Shown here: positions 57,909-64,000 of the stretch, one piece after another
Numbering within the stretch: the first letter of the stretch is position 1
Layout of the letters: each line of letters opens with the position of its first letter
From: Ignavibacteriota bacterium
GTDB taxonomy: Bacteria > Bacteroidota > Ignavibacteria > Ignavibacteriales > Ignavibacteriaceae
NCBI GenBank assembly: GCA_013285405.1
Contig: CP053446.1
Coordinates: 655,985-719,984, forward strand
Length of the DNA stretch: 64,000 nt
Direction of reading: 5' to 3'
The notes under the pieces: generated by a model
Told to the model about the DNA's origin: nothing
Databases searched by the model: none
Seen by the model: the letters and a program-made list of their open reading frames with translations, nothing else
Position numbers and translations under genes: made by a program

Positions 57909-59570
57909 TCACATCTGATCGAGATATTTTCGAACGAATCGTATCGCCATCGCACCTTCTCCAACAGCAGATGAAATCCCTGTGAATGCCGTTGATCTCA
58001 CATCTCCACAAGCAAATATTCCGGGAATATTAGTTTCCGGTAAAAACGGATTTCTCTCTAATTTCCAAAAAGTATTATATGATTTTTCTTTCATCAAATC
58101 ACTTCCGGTAATGATAAATCCTTTTGCATCTTTTAGTATAGTACTATTCAACCAGGATGTACCGGGTTTTGCACCAATATAAATAAATAGTGCTTTGGCA
58201 GGAACAGATTTTTCTTCACCGGTATTTGAATCACGAAAAGTTATTTTTTCTAAAACTTTATCGCCATCGACGGATATAACTTCAGTACTTGTATGGATTT
58301 TTATGTTTGAGGTTTTGGCAATGTTTTCGATTAAATAATTTGCTGCTGTTTTTTTTATTGAATCACGCCTGATTATTATATTAACTTCTTTTGCGAACTT
58401 ACAAATATGCATTGCTGCCTGACAGGCTGAGTTTCCACCTCCTACGATATAAATAATTTCATCTCTGCAAGCATGTGCTTCTACAGATGCTGAACCGTAA
58501 TACACACCTGCACCGGTGAACTTTTCGATTCCAGTAATTTCAAGTTTGGTATATTCAACTCCAGTTGCTACAATAACGGCTTTACTGTGCACCTCGGTGC
58601 CATCAGTCATCTCGGTAATTTTATAACCATCGTGAACCCGAATGTTCCTTACTATCTTGGGTGTTAATATTTCAGTACCAAAACGGAGAGTTTGAGAAAT
58701 CGCTCTGCGTGTTAGATCAGCTCCTGATAATCCTTTAGGAAAACCCAGATAGTTTTCTATACGTGCACTACTGCTTGCCTGTCCACCCGGATTGCTTTTT
58801 TCAACCAAAATCGTTTTCAATCCTTCGCAAGAACCATATACAGAGGCTGCAAGTCCTGCAGGTCCGCCTCCAATAATCAGGACATCATACATTTTTAGAG
58901 ATGCAGTTTGCTGAAGTCCGATTTTTTGAGCCAGATCAGTTAAAGAAGGATCTTTTATCCACGTTCCATCTTTTAAAATAATTAACGGCAGATCATCAAG
59001 GTTTAAATTAGCACTAACGAGATATTTTTCTGCTTCGGAATCATTTTCAACATCCATCCATCTGTATGGAATCAGATTACCGGAAAGAAATTCTTTTAGT
59101 TGATGGGATTTTGGTGACCATTGAAAACCAATAATGCGAATACCTTCATGGTCTGGTTTATATTGAGCCTGCCAATCGTCCAATAAGTCATCAACAATTG
59201 GATAAAGTTTTTCATCAGGCGGATTCCATGGTTTCAATAAATAATAATCAAGCTTCAGGTTATTGATAGATCTTATCGCAACATCAATATCAGAATAAGC
59301 TGTCAGCAAAACTGATTTAGCTTCGGAATACAGCTCCTTTGATTTTTCTAAAAATATTATCCCTTCCATCTCAGGCATACGCTGGTCAGAAATGATTAAT
59401 GCAACAGTTTCATTTTTTAGTTTAAGTTCTTTAATCAGCTCAATAGCTTCATTAGCTGAATCAGTTGCGCTTATACGGTAGTCAGTTTGATACTTTTTAC
59501 GGATATCACGCTGAATTGCTCGAAGCACGTGCTCATCATCATCAACAATTAATATAAATGGCAGTTTCAT
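57909..59570 (-). CDS. Fused response regulator / thioredoxin-fold / thioredoxin-reductase-like flavoprotein
   Basis: REC domain (ILIVDDDE, IISDQRMP, LLKPW), FAD motif VLIIGGGPAGLAAS, NAD(P)H motif IVGGGNSACQAA, C-terminal GIFACGDV. Confidence 0.85.
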   Translation of the reverse strand: MKLPFILIVDDDEHVLRAIQRDIRKKYQTDYRISATDSANEAIELIKELKLKNETVALIISDQRMPEMEGIIFLEKSKELYSEAKSVLLTAYSDIDVAIRSINNLKLDYYLLKPWNPPDEKLYPIVDDLLDDWQAQYKPDHEGIRIIGFQWSPKSHQLKEFLSGNLIPYRWMDVENDSEAEKYLVSANLNLDDLPLIILKDGTWIKDPSLTDLAQKIGLQQTASLKMYDVLIIGGGPAGLAASVYGSCEGLKTILVEKSNPGGQASSSARIENYLGFPKGLSGADLTRRAISQTLRFGTEILTPKIVRNIRVHDGYKITEMTDGTEVHSKAVIVATGVEYTKLEITGIEKFTGAGVYYGSASVEAHACRDEIIYIVGGGNSACQAAMHICKFAKEVNIIIRRDSIKKTAANYLIENIAKTSNIKIHTSTEVISVDGDKVLEKITFRDSNTGEEKSVPAKALFIYIGAKPGTSWLNSTILKDAKGFIITGSDLMKEKSYNTFWKLERNPFLPETNIPGIFACGDVRSTAFTGISSAVGEGAMAIRFVRKYLDQM

Positions 59571-59586
59571 TTTTAATAATATTTCG

Positions 59587-60987
59587 TTAGGAAAGTGGAA
59601 GACATATATGAAATTCTGTTTTACCGGGATATGAACGAACCTTTATCTCACCATTATGTCTTTTGATTATTCTCTGAACTATATCAAGACCTAATCCAGT
59701 TCCCTCTCCAACTTTCTTTGTTGTAAAGAACGGATCAAAAATTCTTGAAATTAATTCTGCAGGAATTCCAGCACCATTATCAATAATGTTTACGTACACA
59801 TTTTTTTGATCACACTTAGTTTCAACAGTAAGCTCACCGCCTTTATCCATAGCGTAAATTGCATTATCAATAATATTAGTCCATACCTGGTTTAGTTCAC
59901 CAACGTATGCCGGAAGCGGAGCAATATCACTGCAAAAAGATTTGTTAACTAAAATATTTTTTTCACGAAGTTTATAGCCAAGAAGCGTCAGAGTGTTTTC
60001 AATATCCTGATGAAGATCAGTCGGTTGTTTTTCATTTGTTCTGTCCATATGAACATGACTTTTTATCGCTCCAACCAGATTCGAAATACGTGCTGAAGCT
60101 TCAGCCAGATCTTTAATGATTCTTTTAGAGCTAAGTAAATTTTCTATCCACAACAAAATCTGAATTAATTCTTCTTTCGGAATATTATTGGAAAAGTTTT
60201 CGAGATCCTCGGAAGAGAAGCCAGACTCCGTGAATGTATCGACTACTTGCTGGTCAGCCGGAAAGCTTTTCTCCTGAAGCCATTGCATCAGTTCATCTTC
60301 CTTATTTATTCTCTGAACAGCACTGAGTTTATTCCTTGGCATGCTTGATTTTTCTTCAATTTTCATTCTCAAATAATTAATATGATCAGCGTCAATCTTT
60401 TGTTTGATCATTTTTTCGGTTAATTCAATATTCAGAAACAATCTGTTCGTCAGATCAAAGGAAATCCTGTTGATTGCAGATGCTGGATTATTCAATTCGT
60501 GAGCGATGCCTGCTGCAAGGTTTCCTAATGCGCTTACTTTTTCCTGCTGCATTTGTGTAGATGCAAAAAACCTCGCCCGTTCGGTCATATAACCAATAAG
60601 CCGTTGAATAAACTCAGGGTTGAGTCGTTCAAGTTCCTGAAAATATTTTTTGTGTATCTTTATTCCACGAATCTTTCCAACCGATATTGAATTTCCCGGA
60701 GAGACTTTCATTCTTGAATAAGGTAACAATCCGGAAACTCCACCTGTTACTTCATCATTAGTAAAATGATAATAATAAACTAATCGTCCGTTTACATTCA
60801 GATAAAAATCAACCTTTCCTTCAATGAGAATGTACATCCATTCAGCAGGATCACCTGTTTTTGCAATTATATCACCATCTTCATATTCAATCGGTTCCGA
60901 ATGATCAGTTATCCAACGAAGATGTTCCTCGGGAAGATCTTTCAGGGCAATAACTTTTTTTAATTCTTCAATAGTAATTTGTTTCAA
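59587..60987 (-). CDS. Cytoplasmic histidine kinase with an N-terminal cyclic-nucleotide-binding domain
   Basis: CAP-effector-like domain in residues 1-140, H-box [17 protein letters not shown] boxes [17 protein letters not shown] and GTGLGLDIV. No TM segment. Confidence 0.85.
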   Translation of the reverse strand: MKQITIEELKKVIALKDLPEEHLRWITDHSEPIEYEDGDIIAKTGDPAEWMYILIEGKVDFYLNVNGRLVYYYHFTNDEVTGGVSGLLPYSRMKVSPGNSISVGKIRGIKIHKKYFQELERLNPEFIQRLIGYMTERARFFASTQMQQEKVSALGNLAAGIAHELNNPASAINRISFDLTNRLFLNIELTEKMIKQKIDADHINYLRMKIEEKSSMPRNKLSAVQRINKEDELMQWLQEKSFPADQQVVDTFTESGFSSEDLENFSNNIPKEELIQILLWIENLLSSKRIIKDLAEASARISNLVGAIKSHVHMDRTNEKQPTDLHQDIENTLTLLGYKLREKNILVNKSFCSDIAPLPAYVGELNQVWTNIIDNAIYAMDKGGELTVETKCDQKNVYVNIIDNGAGIPAELISRIFDPFFTTKKVGEGTGLGLDIVQRIIKRHNGEIKVRSYPGKTEFHICLPLS

Positions 60988-61290
60988 ATTATTCGGCAGT
61001 ATTAATTTTTTAGGAGTAACTTATCTAAGGCGAGAAACAATAGTTAGTTGTTCAGGTAATAACAATTAATTGACCGCAGGAAGATTGTTATAAAATTGAT
61101 TACAAGTCAAGAGATATATTCAACTAATCCCAAAAAAATAATTATTTAAAAATCCGATAATATTTAAAGGTCAACAATAGTCAATTAAAAACAGAAGTCC
61201 GGTGTAACTCTTTGATTGTATTGGAATGTATTGAATTGCAGCCGAAATATTTTATTTATCATTAATTAGTAATAGTGATTTTTCCGAAAT

Positions 61291-62841
61291 TCAGCTATTG
61301 TTCATTTGCTTTAAAAGTTTTTGCTTCATTTCCCAGATATTTTTTGAAATTGAAACCTGGTAGTAATGTGGATTGATCAATCTCTTAACTCCAAAATCCA
61401 GAAGACTCAAATCTTTTTCCCTCAAAGTCCTGATTTCCTGCAGTGTTGGGAAATCATTATTTATTTTTCCGTCATTAATTATTTCAATCAATAACGGATC
61501 AAGTTTCAAAATATCTTTTTGTGAAATTTCCCTCCGTTCTTTATCATCCAATGCATTAATCAAAGTCAGATTTTCGTACAAGTGTGGTTTTTCATCCTCT
61601 GAACAAATCAAATCTGCAGTAGCCTTACCAGATTTTTCAATTATTCTCCAAACTTGTTTTTCTCCCGGCAGTGTCATTTTCTTTGCAGTCTCGGATATCT
61701 TCAGTGTTGGAAACCATTCTCCATTATTTTTTACAGCAGCGATTTTATAAACACCACTCAAAGCAGAATCACCCGATGATGTAATCAGATTTGTTCCTAC
61801 TCCAAATATCAGCCTTCTAATGATTTTATCCGGATCTAATCCGTACGATTGCGATTCTTTCTTAATCTGTGAAAGTATCTGCCAGATTCTTAATTCATCA
61901 AGTTCATTTGATAAAATAATTTTAGTTTCAGGGAACCCGGCTTTATCCAATTCAACAGCACATTTAATTGTCAGATATGCCAGATCACCAGAATCCAACC
62001 TGATACCCGCGGGTTTGTGACCGAGTCGTTTAAGTTTTTCAAAAACTTTTATTGCATTCGGTAAACCACTGTTCAACGTATCAATCGTATCAACTAATAA
62101 AACACAATCGTCAGGATATAATTCTGCAAAAGATTCAAATGCATCCAGTTCGGTTTTTCCCAGCGCGAGAAACATTTGAACCATGCTGTGTGCGTGAGTT
62201 CCTTTAGCGGGCAGACCAAGTAAATTTGAGATACCAACATTTGATGTAAAATCAGCACCACCAATTAATGCTGCTCTTGTTCCAGCATTTGCACCACGAT
62301 CTTGAGCTCTCCTCGCACCGAATTCAAGTATGGGTTGTCCTTTTACAATTTCTTTTATCCTTGATGCTTTCGTAGCAATTAGTATTTGATAATTAATTTG
62401 ATTCAGCAGCGAAGTTTCGAGAAGTTGTGCAATTGCCAATGAGCCGGTGACTATCGTAATAGGAACATTTGGATGAATTACTCTTCCTTCAGGAATTGAT
62501 TTAAGATTTATTTGAAGAAGGTTTCCGTTTATCATCAGCCATTTTAAAAAATCATCTTCAAAAAGTCTTTTATTTCCTGTGGATTTACATTCTTTCAAAT
62601 ATTGAATATCTAGTTCAGTGACGTGAGTATTTTCCAGCCAGTCAACAAACCATTCAAGCCCCGCACTTACACAATAACCTGCTTTATGAGATCCGTAATC
62701 GGGATATTTTCTGAAAAAATGTTCAAACTGAACGGATTGTTCGTGAATACCAAGTTTGAAGTATAATTGTGTCATCACCAATTCATAGTGATCTATAAAC
62801 AGGAATCCTTCTGTAACTGTCTGATTGAATTTTTTTAACAT
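61291..62841 (-). CDS. pncB: Nicotinate phosphoribosyltransferase
   Basis: 516 aa with NAPRTase motifs EFGARRAQ, GTHAHSMVQ and GIRLDSGDL. Confidence 0.85.
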   Translation of the reverse strand: MLKKFNQTVTEGFLFIDHYELVMTQLYFKLGIHEQSVQFEHFFRKYPDYGSHKAGYCVSAGLEWFVDWLENTHVTELDIQYLKECKSTGNKRLFEDDFLKWLMINGNLLQINLKSIPEGRVIHPNVPITIVTGSLAIAQLLETSLLNQINYQILIATKASRIKEIVKGQPILEFGARRAQDRGANAGTRAALIGGADFTSNVGISNLLGLPAKGTHAHSMVQMFLALGKTELDAFESFAELYPDDCVLLVDTIDTLNSGLPNAIKVFEKLKRLGHKPAGIRLDSGDLAYLTIKCAVELDKAGFPETKIILSNELDELRIWQILSQIKKESQSYGLDPDKIIRRLIFGVGTNLITSSGDSALSGVYKIAAVKNNGEWFPTLKISETAKKMTLPGEKQVWRIIEKSGKATADLICSEDEKPHLYENLTLINALDDKERREISQKDILKLDPLLIEIINDGKINNDFPTLQEIRTLREKDLSLLDFGVKRLINPHYYQVSISKNIWEMKQKLLKQMNNS

Positions 62842-62973
62842 TATCTTTCTTTTATTTTAATCACATATATTATGTTATAGGTAGAATGAAAATAATAATT
62901 TAATTTGAATTTGTCATGAATAAACTTCATTCTACTTCAAGTTATTAAAATTGAAATCTATTTGGAGAAATTT

Positions 62974-63600
62974 ATGATTTACAAATTTTTACCACTACAG
63001 AGTGTGGCTGTTCCGGAGTTGAAGTTTGAAAATAAAGTATCACTGGATTCCGATAGTACTGCATTAATAATTGTAGATATGCAGAATGATTTTGTACGTG
63101 AAGATGGGAGCCTTTTCGTACCGGCAGCAAAGGAGACGATAGGTAATATCCATAATCTTTTATCAGAAGCAAGAAAACAAAATGTTAAAGTTGTTTACAC
63201 ACAGGACACACATCTTGATGGCGATAAAGAATGGGAAATCTGGCCCAGGCATTGTAAAAAAGGTTCATCCGGCTGGCAAATTATTAATGAGTTGAAACCA
63301 GCTGATCATGATCTGATCATAGAAAAAAACAGATATGACGGTTTTTACGAAACTCCGCTTGAACATTATCTGAGTCATATATGGAATATTAAGAATCTTG
63401 TGATAACCGGAACTGTTAGTAACATCTGTGTTGCGCATACAGCAGCTTCTGCAGGATTGAGATGGTATAATTTAGTAATTCCGGCTGATGGAATTTCTTC
63501 ACTTACCGAATTTGATCATGTGATGACCTTACGTCAAGTATCAACTTTATACTCAGGAAAAATTGTTCAAAATTGTAACGACATAACTTTTACAATCTGA
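62974..63600 (+). CDS. pncA: Nicotinamidase / isochorismatase family hydrolase
   Basis: ALIIVDMQNDF, catalytic Cys in TGTVSNICV. Divergent from pncB. ATG at 62974 preferred over TTG at 62962. Confidence 0.8.
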   Translation: MIYKFLPLQSVAVPELKFENKVSLDSDSTALIIVDMQNDFVREDGSLFVPAAKETIGNIHNLLSEARKQNVKVVYTQDTHLDGDKEWEIWPRHCKKGSSGWQIINELKPADHDLIIEKNRYDGFYETPLEHYLSHIWNIKNLVITGTVSNICVAHTAASAGLRWYNLVIPADGISSLTEFDHVMTLRQVSTLYSGKIVQNCNDITFTI

Positions 63601-63610
63601 AAAAAAATAA

Positions 63611-64000
63611 TTACAGTTCAGACCATGTCATTTTAAGTGCTGAAGCAGTTTGTGGACCGACTATTCCATCATCTGCATTTGGTCCAAATGATGAAGTCTG
63701 AAAATTAAGAACAGCGCGAAGTGTTCGTTCTCCGAAATCACCGTCTAGATTTCCTTCGTAAAAAGATTTGTTCTGTAATGCTTTCTGTAATTTTTTTACA
63801 AGATCGCCTTGAGAACCAAAGCGTAACCTGGCAGAAACTTTTTCAGTGCCTGCGGATATAACTCTAAATGCTTCACGTCCATCGAGTAAAATATAACCAA
63901 AACTTTTTTGTGAAATGTCGTATGCATTTTTCTTGAAAATTTTCCATGCACCGGTTGCTGTTTGTGAACCACGTTTTTGACATTGCGGATATCCAACTAA
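63611..64000 (-). CDS. C-terminal part of a peptidoglycan-binding (PG_binding_1) domain protein; N-terminus lies outside the window
   Basis: Hand translation of the minus strand is open for 129 codons to the window edge. It ends ...LQKALQNKSFYEGNLDGDFGERTLRAVLNFQTSSFGPNADDGIVGPQTASALKMTWSEL with the stop at 63611-63613. Absent from the ORF track because it has no start codon in the window. Confidence 0.7.
   Translation of the reverse strand, partial: LVGYPQCQKRGSQTATGAWKIFKKNAYDISQKSFGYILLDGREAFRVISAGTEKVSARLRFGSQGDLVKKLQKALQNKSFYEGNLDGDFGERTLRAVLNFQTSSFGPNADDGIVGPQTASALKMTWSEL

Noticed and set aside
63796-63996. 66-aa minus-strand ORF in the track
   Set aside because: It lies in a different frame inside the open, motif-bearing PG-binding-domain reading frame (63611-64000) and has no recognisable features.

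Overview
Gene-dense, low-GC bacterial chromosomal segment of 64 kb, mostly on the + strand. In order it contains: (1) the 3-prime part of a suf Fe-S assembly operon (sufC, D, S, U and a DUF59/sufT-like gene) plus a bacilliredoxin; (2) a 121-bp tandem repeat that re-copies the start of an Rrf2 regulator gene; (3) a roughly 12-kb island that looks like Fe-S repair and NO/oxidative-stress defence, with Rrf2, a cysteine-free Crp/Fnr regulator, DUF2249/DUF1858 proteins, two divergent heme-copper-oxidase-like membrane proteins, a second DUF59, a ferredoxin, a RIC di-iron protein, a cbb3-type oxidase with rearranged cytochrome c modules, an AhpD-like protein and an FNR-like reductase; (4) a complete 13-gene nuoA-N operon with fused nuoCD; (5) a TetR-linked HlyD/ABC/TolC/ABC-2 exporter; (6) assorted metabolic and signalling genes; (7) a three-gene envelope operon of unknown function, closed by a strong terminator and preceded by a 640-bp AT-rich spacer; (8) an array of three 316-bp units, each a pseudo 5-prime half of tRNA-Ser plus a GIY-YIG nuclease gene, directly abutting an intact tRNA-Ser(UGA); (9) a cNMP-binding histidine kinase with a response-regulator/thioredoxin-reductase-like fusion whose redox motifs are degenerate; (10) divergent pncB/pncA. 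I recognised no rRNA, CRISPR array, transposase or integrase. Gene content and the REP-like hairpins suggest an FCB-group organism (Ignavibacteria/Bacteroidota-like), but that is inference only. All family names come from motif recognition by eye; no database search was run.
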